Shown: in pieces, positions 21,055 through 31,852 of the stretch | Layout: every line of letters starts with the position of its first letter | Numbering within the stretch: position 1 is the first letter of the stretch | From: Cyanidioschyzon merolae | Taxonomy: Eukaryota | Direction: 5' to 3' (one strand) | Assembly (NCBI GenBank): GCA_000091205.1 | Contig: AP006499.2 | Length of the DNA stretch: 64,000 bases | Made by a program: the position numbers and the translations under genes | The notes under the pieces: model-generated | What the model was told of the DNA's origin: nothing | The model's database searches: none | The model's input: only the letters and a program-made list of their open reading frames with translations

Positions 21055-22420
21055 TCACAGACGCCTCGGGGTCTTTCTTTTTTTGACCAGCCCCCTGCTA
21101 TCGGTATCAGCTTCTCCTTGTAAACCTTGAGCCTGAGAGGTATTCCAATAAAGTTCGATGTCGTCAGCTCCTCAGGTCTCGTCTGCAGCACCGCACATTG
21201 TCTGATATTGATAGCAGCGTTAAAGTACTGCTGTACGAACTCCGCGCGCTTCGTACCGCTGCTTGATCTCACCGTGGCGGGGGTTCCTCGAACTCGTGCC
21301 TTTTGTTCCATTTGGCGCTTTGTCGGCTCTCTGTACTTCCGATCGGCGAAGCGCTCCGCTGGCTTAGCTCCGTTTGGACCGTTTGGAGAGGGCACCCCAG
21401 CTCATCCCTTAATTTTCTAAAATGAATACACTTGTTTATGCCGCTAGGTGAAGACCTTCCTGGAGCGAGAAGGACTTGGGGAAGAAAGACGACATATGTC
21501 TCCGTGGAACCATGTGGTAAACGCTTCAGTGCTTCGCCCGCTGGTGCCATCATTACGTTGCAAGATAGAAATTACTCTTTCGATCGGGTTGAGCCATGGA
21601 GGATACGTAGTAATGAAAAGCAGCTCTACTCCCCGGTAGAATCGGCAAAAACTCGATGGTTAGGGGAATGGTCAATGGCCATGTTCTGTAATTGAAGGTC
21701 GTCACCAGATGTCATGGGAAACGACTTCAGTGCTTCGAAGAAGTCGGGGCTGTTGTACGAGCCTTCGCTACGAGCGAAACGGATGCCGCCAAATGAATCC
21801 ATTGTAGCTAGAACAGATGATGATGTTGTCGTTGTCTTCAAGTTCGATTGCACATACAACGTGCTCCCTTTTCTGCGAGTACCCATATACGCTCCCGAGG
21901 TTGCGTCCGAAGGAAATCTCATCGACTGAAAAAACAAACCGATATCCTTTGCCTCAAAGTAATCGCGACGTTCCAGGAACGCTGTCGATTCGATTTCGTT
22001 GCCAGAGAGCCGTGACTGAAATCCGACTTGTTTACGAACTGTATCCCAGTGAATTCAGGGTCACACGAAGCAGCTGTTCAGAAACAGAGATGGCCATTGC
22101 GGCTGCAAGCTTCCCTTTTGCCGTCCGTAAGGTGCTCAACGGGTCGTTTTGTACCATGGACCGCAAGCAGTCTTTGAGCATATCGGTTTCCGGCACCGAG
22201 CGCATGTACTTCTTCGTCTCAGTGTTACTCAACCATCAGCGTCCCGTTGTATACTTGACCTCAATGCGGAATGCAGTCCTCCATGCACTGTTCAGTCAAG
22301 AATCTAGGTCGTCCACGATTTATACGGATACATTGCATCGTGATTTCGACTTTCTCCTACACACTGCCAAAAAAAGCATTCGATTACACGCAGCTGGAAT
22401 GGAACAAAACTGAGCTGAAG
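21055..22420. repeat. Dispersed repeat, copy A (~1.35 kb), homologous to 44820-46140 at ~70-75% nt identity, same orientation
   Basis: The two copies share long collinear blocks. Examples are ttccttgtaaacc...tctgatattgat(a/g)gcagc, gcgaagcgctccgctg(g/c)ctta, ggagcgagaaggacttg and catcgactga(a/g)aa. Only fragmented ORFs remain on both strands. Confidence 0.8.
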
Positions 22421-23213
22421 TTTTTGTAACGACGCCAGTACTTCATTGGAACGCTGACAAAAAAGCATTCTTCCTTTGGTCAGAACGGTACTTGTGGTGC
22501 GGGTGTACGGGCATCACCCGCTATTTTAGGTTGCATGCTTTCGCTCAAAAATAAACGCTATACCAGGAAAAGCAACACATATGACCAGCCTTGCATCGTC
22601 AGAAACGCTCGCAACAGACATTTTGCGTGTGTCGGGCGCCTCGTTTGATACGCACCGTTGACTCGAACTCGAGCCTGCTCTTGATGATTGCCTTTGACAC
22701 GAAGTCCCGAGTGTCCCAGTGATGGGCAAGGTGCGTAGAAACGGTGCACGCTCCGTCTAGGCGAGTAGATGCTCGTGCGTAGTCACGGCATTGCAGACCG
22801 GATGTCGTTGAGCAGGTTCCTCTCAGGACCGAGAACGACACGCCTGCTTGGCGGAAAATGCTTTCACAGACTGTTGACGATGTCACAGCGGAATCCAGCT
22901 CCGACCGATATAGATACATGATCGCTCCTAGAACGGGAGCAGAGGCATGAACCGAGACTGCTCGTGATCTCGTTCTGTTTTCAAGTGCGTGCCACCCCGT
23001 TCGCCCGAGGTTTCCTATCTCCATCTCGCTGCCTAACTTGCTGCAGTTGGCGACCTCGTCCCACTATCTATTATCATGAGACCTCTACCTATCATCCAAG
23101 CGGTATTCCCATTTCTCCATGAGAGCGTCGCCTTTAGCGGACAGCGTCGCCATGAACGATTGTTCCAGAATTACTTGCGTCCTCTTTACGATTGCATATC
23201 CATGTTCATCAGG

Positions 23214-23248
23214 CACCACCACCACCACCACCACCACCACCACCACCA
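23214..23248. repeat. (CAC)~12 microsatellite
   Basis: The array reads caccaccacc...accata. It lies ~15 bp outside the 3' end of the minus-strand gene 23264-24382. Confidence 0.95.
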
Positions 23249-23263
23249 TAATACAGAGCGCGC

Positions 23264-24382
23264 TCAACGTTTGGATCCCGTGTCGGTTGTTTTGGCGGTT
23301 CGGACAGCTCCTTTCGATCCAGTACCTACGATGCTGCGCATCATTTGGTGGTGCTCGATCAACCACTCGTTAGAATGCTCCGCGGCTGCAGCTGTTTCTC
23401 CAGACCTGCTCCTTGCGTCATTCCGCGGCGGTAGTCTGGACCTTCGCATTTTCTGCATTTGTTGCTTCAGCACTTGAATAACCTTGCGATTCAGCGGCGT
23501 ATCGACGCTAATCAGGATTGCAACCAGCATGACTACTGTGCTTGCGACGACGGCGAGGATTGTGAACAGCAAACGATACTCCCGCCCGGATTCGGCTGGG
23601 GTTATTTCAACAACGCCATCCAGCACTTTGATGCTATACCCGAGCATCGAGTTGCGATCCAGGAAAGCCGCAATCGATCCCTCCGGTTGCGTGGACACCA
23701 GTGAGGCGAGCTGCTCTGGGCGGAACCCCAGTTCGATTAAGAGCTCCCGATTTTTCCACTGTCGTTCGAGGAAAACCGTCAAGCGGAGGATGCAAGGTCC
23801 GGGCGGGAATGCAGCATGCACGGCCAGTGGATAGACGAAGGAGAGCTCTTGTCCTCGGGTTAGCGTTCGATTCACCAGCAAGAACGACATGTTTTGGAGA
23901 TGCGCTGACGGGTTTTGTATCGCGTGCAACGCGCCGATAGCACCAACAACCAGATAGGGTTCATGTTCCGTCACATTATCCGCACTATTTCGAGCGTCTT
24001 CAGCGTCCTGGTGTGCCACGGTTACAAGGACGTACTTCGAATCGCCCGCGGCAAGCTTCACGGCGGTTTCTGCTTCGTGTCCAGCCTTGGCGGTCGAATT
24101 GTGTTCCGCACCGCCAACGAACGCGTAAGCGTATTCTATATCTTCCGGAGCGTCAGGCGGGTCCGTAAGAGGGTGCACCTTGGAGATCAGGTGCCGCCGA
24201 ACGAACTTGTCGAAGACACTGAGCACCTCAAGCGCGGTGCTCTCCGAGCTGTCGTCACTTGCTTTTTCGTCACCTCTCACGGATTTCGAGCCCAAAACGA
24301 GCAGACACCGGGTTGAAACCAGTAGCGTACATAGTACGACGGCAAGGAAAACAGTCTTCCCTCCGGATGATACCCTCATCAT
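23264..24382 (-). CDS. Predicted type I membrane protein (signal peptide + single C-terminal TM), unknown function
   Basis: The N-terminus MMRVSSGGKTVFLAVVLCTLLVSTRCLLVLG has a signal-peptide character. A ~270 aa ectodomain contains NxS/T sites, then a TM helix (LLFTILAVVASTVVMLVAILISV) and a basic tail. The ATG at 24382 was verified. No family match was recognised. Confidence 0.45.
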   Translation of the reverse strand: MMRVSSGGKTVFLAVVLCTLLVSTRCLLVLGSKSVRGDEKASDDSSESTALEVLSVFDKFVRRHLISKVHPLTDPPDAPEDIEYAYAFVGGAEHNSTAKAGHEAETAVKLAAGDSKYVLVTVAHQDAEDARNSADNVTEHEPYLVVGAIGALHAIQNPSAHLQNMSFLLVNRTLTRGQELSFVYPLAVHAAFPPGPCILRLTVFLERQWKNRELLIELGFRPEQLASLVSTQPEGSIAAFLDRNSMLGYSIKVLDGVVEITPAESGREYRLLFTILAVVASTVVMLVAILISVDTPLNRKVIQVLKQQMQKMRRSRLPPRNDARSRSGETAAAAEHSNEWLIEHHQMMRSIVGTGSKGAVRTAKTTDTGSKR

Positions 24383-24949
24383 ACAGTGTTTTCTTTAGGG
24401 TCCTTCAAACCGCACGGGGAGAAACGAAGCATTCGATGCGATCGGGCGGCCGGTGGCGGGACGTCGCTCCGATGCTCCTCGTCACCGCTGCGTCACCGTT
24501 CGCTCCGCTGAACGCAAACTTTGAGGCGAAGATCAGACACTGCTGTCTTCCTTGAATCGGTTTCGCTGCATAGCCGCGTATCCGAAGCTGCTGGAAACGG
24601 TGCGTGCAAGCTTCGCGCTTTGAAGCTGTGCTCCCGGGAAGGACAGGGGCCCTCAAGCGTTCTTGAGAGACGAGGTTCTCCGTCCGAGCCACAGGGGCTC
24701 GCACTTGAACGGAGTCTTCCGCTGTCACGGTCTCGTAGGGTTTCAACCGGGCCGCAGTTGCTGCTGTGGCTCTAAGGTGAACGAAGCGATCAGCTGGCAC
24801 GTTATCATACTCGTTCGTTTGCGCTGCTCTTGCTGTTTCTCAACGACTCTGGAGACCCTGACGTCTGAGGCGTCCCGAAAGCGTTTCGAGTGCGCCCCAG
24901 TGGACGCAGCGTGCACGTGCGTGCTGCACTTGACTAGCCAAGTGTGCCT

Positions 24950-25381
24950 ATGGCGGACCTGGTTCGAGAGCGCCTCGCTCCGGTGTCAACCTACCGAGAT
25001 CGTCAGTACGTTGGCACATATGAACAGCGCGAGGAACAGCTGCTGAAAACGCAAACAGTATACGTGGGAAACTTGTCCGTTTACACGACGGAGGAACAGA
25101 TATATCAAGTTTTTGGCATGGCTGGTGAGGTCAAGCGTGTGGTCATGGGTCTCGATCGTTTCAAGCTGACACCATGTGGGTTCTGTTTTGTGGAATTCAT
25201 GTCCCGAGAGGGCGCTGAATACGCCGTAGAGTTGCTGAATCGCAGCACGCTGGATGACCAGATCATCAAAGTGGACTTTGACGTCGGCTTTCAAGAGGGC
25301 CGCCAATGGGGTCGCGGCATAAGCGGCGGCCAGCGGGCTCAGGATCGGCAGGAAAAACGCGTCGCGCGCAAGTACCGATGA
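24950..25381 (+). CDS. NCBP2: Nuclear cap-binding protein subunit 2 (CBP20), RRM protein
   Basis: The RRM carries the CBP20-specific motifs YVGNLSVYTTEEQIYQVF and TPCGFCFVEF, and a C-terminal RG-rich tail follows. The listed start at 24944 is GTG, so the ATG at 24950 was used. Confidence 0.9.
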   Translation: MADLVRERLAPVSTYRDRQYVGTYEQREEQLLKTQTVYVGNLSVYTTEEQIYQVFGMAGEVKRVVMGLDRFKLTPCGFCFVEFMSREGAEYAVELLNRSTLDDQIIKVDFDVGFQEGRQWGRGISGGQRAQDRQEKRVARKYR

Positions 25382-27347
25382 AAGAATCGCTTTGGATACG
25401 CGTCGCCCGCGAAAAGCCAAGCCAAGCGAAGCGAAGCCAACGCAGTCTTTCCATGAGACCTTCAGATCAAGAATCGCTGTGCGCCCGGAGCAGGGCGGTC
25501 ACATGGTGTCGTTCGATATCGGGTAGCGAATGGGAGAGGCCTTTTGTGCGCTCCCTACCATAGATCGACTTGTTCTATGCGGCGTCGTGAAGTGAACTGC
25601 CTCTGTTCAAGCAACTGCAGTGCTTGGCATAGATGTCTGTAGGAGAAAAGGCTTTTTGGTAATGGCGATGGTCCCCAGGGGCATCCCTTCTGCATGTTGT
25701 GTGAATCCGCAGTGTCAAGGCGTTGAAACGCGACGCACGATGCCATGGTGCGCAGCCGCAGTGCTGCGGTTACACAGCGAGCTCATTCCGGTACCATGGA
25801 TCGATTAGGATGTGGATGCTGCGCACGGCGACCCGCATCGGATGCGTCGACAGGGGAACAGGTCGTATGCGGGTGACTTCGACCTAAGAATGGGCGATGA
25901 TCCCGTAGCCACAGTTCACGCGCATGGTGACCAGGAGGCATCGAGCTGTGGCTCCAGGTACGCTTCCCGGTGTCTCTACACAGCATCTCTGGTCCCGCAA
26001 GATTTTATCGATGGAGGCTTGTCGAGCATTTTCCATGGATGTGCGTTTCGCTCTTAACAATATTGTCATGGCGCTTGGAGCCAAAGCAAAGAACTACAAA
26101 GCGCATCAGCATGAACGATGCGATTGTCTAAACTCTGCGCAAAGTAGACCGAAAGGCATCTCGTGCCGATGCTTTCTCACGGAGTCGCATGGACGACGTT
26201 GTTCTTGATCCATCATGGATTGCAGATGCACTGTATGTAAGGCTGCTACCCATGCTCGTCTAGGAAAATGATGCGATCGACGCGCACGGCGTCAGTACGC
26301 ATCCAGCAGAAGATCTGCACCGGACTGCAATAGGAACCGATCGCAAAACACGCTCTTCGGTTATGAAGGTTTTCCGGTTCGCTGTTCTCGTTGATCCGGA
26401 AACCTTGCGCGCCTTGCCTGTCGTTCCGGTAAAAGTCCGGGGTCGTACCAGACACCTTCGTTCCGAGGTGTGTTTCGGCCGCAGATTGCCTGCGAGTTCA
26501 ACATGAAACCGCCACCGAAGCCAACAACACCCACATCGCGATCTCAGCTCCATCGCAAGCACCCGTCTATGCCTCAGATCCCTCCAGTACTGCGTCTCGA
26601 TAAGCGGGATCCTTCAACCCATTTTCGAGCATCAATGCCGTCATTCCGATGTGTACAGAGCGCTATGCGACGCAAATGCGTGCATTCGCTACACGTGTCC
26701 ACCGGCCGCGCACGCATCTCCAAAAAGTGGACCAGTACCCACTGGAGGCTGCACTGCAACATCGGATTGGGTATTCGATACCCACATCCACAAGCTAAGT
26801 GTTGATCTGTTTTTTCTTCACCCGATGTATCGAGCCAACGCCTGTCCACCAGATTCCATCGAGCGCCAGAATACTGCCCAGTGCCACATAAAGCGCCTTC
26901 TGCACATCCACGACTAGAGACATCCGCTTCCCGATGACTCAGTTCCTCTCTTCTGTGAAGAAATCGGCATGTGATTCCATACATCCTTCAACGCATGCGT
27001 TCCACAACGATGAGCGTCCATTGAGGATGCGATCCTCAGGTAGCACCGTAGCCGCGATGCCGCCGTGACGCCAAGCGCGCCGGTGCCAAAGGGCCATCGG
27101 ATCGATGATCTCCAGGTTAAAAACTACGCAACAAGGTACTCGGAAGTACGTCGAACGACGGCTACTTTCAGTACGATCGATATCGAGTGCAACATCGGGG
27201 ATTCCCGGTCCAAAGCAACCCGCTGATCCACGAAGCAAAAATCGGATTTTTGACGTCAATTTTCCGGGATCGTCGATGGCGCACAGCAATGCGCCGCAAC
27301 GCCGCCTCGCGCACGGATGCCATGATGATGCGTGCAAGGACGACGTC

Positions 27348-27372
27348 GCTGCTGCTGCTGCTGCTGCTGCTG
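27348..27372. repeat. (GCT)8 microsatellite in RPN2 leader
   Basis: The tract reads gctgctgctg..., immediately upstream of the homology-supported RPN2 start codon. Confidence 0.9.
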
Positions 27373-27383
27373 AACCGGTGCTC

Positions 27384-27935
27384 ATGCAGACGCTTCGGGC
27401 GACTCCGCTACTCTCGCAACTTGGCGAGAGCGACGCTGAGCTCCAACAGCATGCTATCAAAGAGCTTTTACAGATCGTTGATGATTGCTGGCCCGAGATC
27501 GCGTCGCTGTTACCGCGAATCGAGGAACTCTACGAGGATCAGGGCTGGGACGAGGCCTCGCGCCAGCACTCAGCACTGCTCGCGGCAAAGGTATTGTTTC
27601 ATCTGGGTGAGATAGATGAAGCGCTAATGTATGCTATGATGGCTGGAGACTTGTTTGTTGGGGACGATTCGAGTGAGTTTTCGCGAGTGCTGCGTGCACG
27701 TTGTCTGGACAAGTACGTGGCGCGGCGACAGCTCGACGGTGAGTCTGAAAACGCCTCTACCACCACCACCACCACCACCACCACAGAGGCGTATGCGGAA
27801 GATTTGGCGCCTAACGTCCTGGAAGCAGTCGTTAACCAAAGCATCTGGGCTTGCGTCGATGCTGGTGAATATAATGAAGCGCTGGGGATCGCCCTGGAAG
27901 CGCTACGTCTCGACGCCGTCAGTGCCGTACTCGGG

Positions 27936-27968
<33 letters not shown>

Positions 27969-30680
27969 ACTCAGAGCGCTGTTTCGAGTCTACTCGAATA
28001 CGCAATCGTATGCTGTCAGGAGCTCATATCGAAGCGCTGGCGCCGCGAAAAGATTCTGAGACATCTCGTGGAATGGCAAAACTCTCAACCAGAGGATCAA
28101 AGAGACGAGATGATTCTCTGTCGATGCCTGATGCTATTGCGGGATGCTAGCGGCGTGACGCAGATTCTACAGCGACAGTTACGCGAGCGAAAAGAGTCTC
28201 TGGCGTATCAGATAGCATTTGACCTCTGGGACCACGATGATCGGGCGCTTGTAGCACAGGTCCGGAACGACATCGTGGCTGCCATCGAGTCAAGAGATGC
28301 AGTGGCTGCCGCTGATCTCTCACGAACGAATGAGCACGCGATCCTTTTGAGCATTCTGAATGGCCGCATGCCTTCAGAACTCTATCTGGATTTTATGCGG
28401 CGTCGGAACTGCTTCGACAAGCGACTTTTGAAATCGTTGCTGCATCGGCTGGTAGCGCCACCATCACTAGCGCAGTCCGCGATCCTGTTCGCGTATGGGC
28501 TTGGTTTTGCAGGCACAGCGGATGACACGTTTCTCAGGGAGAATGTCGAGTGGCTCATGCGCACTGCAAACTGGACAAAGTTTTCCGCAACGGCGACGCT
28601 CGGCGTGGCGCACATTCGCAATGCCGATCAAGCGTTCGCGCTGCTTGCTCCGTACCTGTCGTCGTCGCATCAGGGGTCCATGGGCAGCTCTGCGTACTCG
28701 GAGGGAGGCGCGCTCTATGCGCTCGGACTCATTGCCGCGAGTGGTGTTGAGGCGCACAAGGTCGCCGAGTTTCGACGTTACTTGTTGGAGGCACTGCGCA
28801 ACGCTGGAACGAATGAAGTAATTCAGCACGGTGCGTGTTTAGCTCTCGGTTTGTGCGCGCTTGCTGACGGAGAACGTGAGACCAACAATGTGAGTCCGTC
28901 AGAGAGCGAATCTTTCCAGGAGCTGCGCAATGTACTTTACATGGATTCGGCTTTGGCAGGTGAAGCGGCAGCCTTGGGCATGGGTATGGCACTCGTCGGT
29001 ACCGGGGACGCGGGAGCGATCGAACAGATGCTCGAGTACGCTCGCGAGACGCAGCATCAGAAAATTATCCGTGGCTTGGCAATCGGTCTTGCCCTGGTGG
29101 TCTACGGCTGCGAGGAAGAGGCGGAACCCCTGATCCACCAGATGCTTGCCTCGGAGGACGGCACCATCCGATATGGAGCCGTCTTTGCTATTGGTCTAGC
29201 ATACTGCGGTTCCGGGAACAATGCGGCAACGAAACGCCTATTGCATGCTGCAGTCAGCGACGTTAACGACGATGTGCGTCGCGCAGCAGTCTTGAATTTG
29301 GGTTTTATCTTCGCTCGTGATAGAGATCAGCTGCCCCAGGTCGTCAGCTTGTTGGCTGAATCCTACAACCCACACGTACGGTACGGAGCGGCGATGGCGC
29401 TCGCCATCGGATGTGCATGCTCTGGGAACCAGGACGCTGCAAAGATTCTCCAAAAGCTGAGCAACGACACGGTTGATTTCGTGAGACAGGGCGCACTCAT
29501 CGCACTGGCGATGCTCTATCAGCACCACAACCAAACTCGCAGCGCGGCGTCAGCTGCACTTCGAAAACGACTAGATACCATAGCGAAAGATAAGCACGAG
29601 GAAATTTTGACGAAGTTCGGCGCGGTGCTTGCGATGGGCATTAGCGATTCAGGCGGACGCAATGCCGAAATAGCCCTGCTTTCCCGACTAACACAGAGTC
29701 TGAGGCCGACCGCAGTGGCGGGCATGGCGCTTTTCATGCAATACTGGTACTGGTATCCCATGGTGCCATTTCTGACCCTATCGCTGCGTCCAGCGGCTTG
29801 TGTTTTTGTGAATCAAGGCATGCAACTGATGCGCCTCAAACTCCAAGTTGAGGGAGATGACGAGCGCCTCGCGCAATTCACCTACGCGCCGATGTTCGAA
29901 GAGGACGACAACAAAATCGAGCGAAAACGGGAGAAAATGGTGCTCTCGGTGACGGCCAAGGCCGATCGCCTCAAGCGAATCCATCCAACATCACAGCAGC
30001 GAAACGACCAGGAAAGCGAGCACGGAACGCGGAAACCCGCCAAATCAAACGCCGCTGCACCGACGAGAGCCCCAGAACAGATGGATGTGATTGCGAACGA
30101 CGTCGTCGAGGAGCCAAAAATGGTCACTGAGCAGACCGCCGGAGATGCCTCTCGAGATCACCACCCGGAGGCGAAAGCGCATACGCCGAAAGCAACGAAT
30201 GCGCTGGCGCTTGCGGCCGTGTCGCTCCTGGAGAATCCCGCGCGGGTGCTGACGGCTCACGAGGGCTGGGTGTCGCTCGACGGTGACGATGCGCTTCGTT
30301 GGCGTCCTCTGCGACGCGGTGCTGGTATTGTTCTCGTGGAACGAGAGCCAGTACGTGATTCTGCATACCCTGATGCGCCCGACGGCGTTGTAGAACGCTT
30401 GCCGCCGCTCGCACCGCCCGTCGCACTGGCGAACGGTGCTCGTGGACGTGACGTATCAGGAGGTAGCGGCGCTGATGCTGGCGTCTCTGGCATTCCCGAA
30501 CATCCTGTTTACGATGATGAGGATCGGGAACCTGCAACACCTGAACCATTTGAATATACAAGCAATACGGCGTCCGCAGAACAAGGCAGTAACCAGAAGC
30601 ATCCTCCATCGCCGCCGAAATCTCCATCGACACACAAGAAAAACGACGATGACGACAAGGACGACGCTGCTGCAGTCTAG
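27384..30680 (+). CDS. RPN2: 26S proteasome regulatory subunit RPN2 (PSMD1)
   Basis: The N-terminus MQTLRATPLLSQLGESDAELQQHAIKELLQIVDDCWPEI aligns residue-for-residue with the human PSMD1 start [38 protein letters not shown]. PC repeats are present, as are the conserved C-terminal ENPARV and PEPFEY motifs. The upstream in-frame ATG at 27105 adds 93 aa with no homology. There are internal (CAC)n encoding T8 at 27759-27784 and (GCT)n encoding A12 at 27938-27968. Confidence 0.9.
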
Positions 30681-31816
30681 CATTGCGGTTCGTTTGAGAC
30701 GTGAACGATGGACCCGTAAATGAACTTGTGCAATGTCCCGGGTTCGTCCAGGAGCATCTCTGAATCGACACTAGCAATCGGGGAAGCAAATGTCGTATCC
30801 CTCGAGAATGTCTGGAGCGTTCAAATGGTACCAGCTGTATTGTGGAAAGGCGTGTGCTTCAATGAGCGTCGGTGTTGTTGGGCTATATCAAATCCGTAGC
30901 ATCCCTGCCTATGGTGCTCCCATGTGTCGGAACGTAACATGACGATTCCAAATTCATGCCGTCCTTGGTTCCGGTACTCGTCGAGGTCGGCATGATACCA
31001 GGGGTCTCACAGATCGCCATCTCGACGCCAATGCACATACAGAAGCCACGAAGAAAGCGTATGTATCGTGCAGCAGCAGCGGCAGCAGCAGCGGCAGCAG
31101 CATAAGAAAAAGCATCCACGCCGAACACCCGAAGGCCAACACGCGCCTCGCTGCCCAGCAAAACAACGATACCCTGCGTACAGCCAAGGTCCATGTTCGG
31201 ATTCCGCAGCGCAGTGACTCGTCGCACAGCGATCCGAATGGAACCGAAGCGAAGCGTCACCACTTCAAGGACGCGAACTAGACCCTAAACCTCGCCCGAC
31301 TTGGATGGAATCGCCCATGTCTCGCGCGCACTCGAGGCGTGTGCACTCACCTGAGACCGTGCACAGCCTAGTGAAGCGCCCAGTGATACCGATCGATGCA
31401 GGTGTGCTCTCGGTTCCTTGACATCCACAGATGAGCTGTCGCACAGAGACGTTGCTCGGATGGACGGCTGACGCAGGTGTGCAGTTCTTGGTAAAGGCCC
31501 GCGAGCAGAAACTGAACGCAAAGAACGCTTCTCCTGCAGTTCAATCGTTTCGCAGTGGCGATCACTGGTTTGCATGAATGGTGCAGAGCAGCGTCGCCAG
31601 GATCATCACCATCCGGGTTGACGAGCGCTCGTGCAGTGGAGAAGCTACTGCACATACCTGCTGCGTCCATCGTGTTTGAATCCTGTAAAAGCAGAGCTAA
31701 TGAAAACACACGGAGATGAAAAAGCATCGCTGCGATCCCAACAACTGCAACCGATTCGACTTGAGCATGTGCGCCACGGAAAGCACGGCACCCTCGATAA
31801 CACGAAGAAAGACTCG

Positions 31817-31833
31817 TACACACACACACACAC
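31817..31833. repeat. (CA)8 dinucleotide tract
   Basis: The tract reads cacacacacacacac. It lies ~20 bp outside the stop of the CAX gene. Confidence 0.9.
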
Positions 31834-31852
31834 GAGCTCTGTTGCCAGTTGA

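Noticed and set aside
27105-27383. Upstream in-frame ATG extending RPN2 by 93 aa
   Set aside because: The homology to the RPN2 N-terminus begins exactly at Met94 (27384). The extension is low-complexity, contains the (GCT)8 tract and overlaps a minus-strand ORF.
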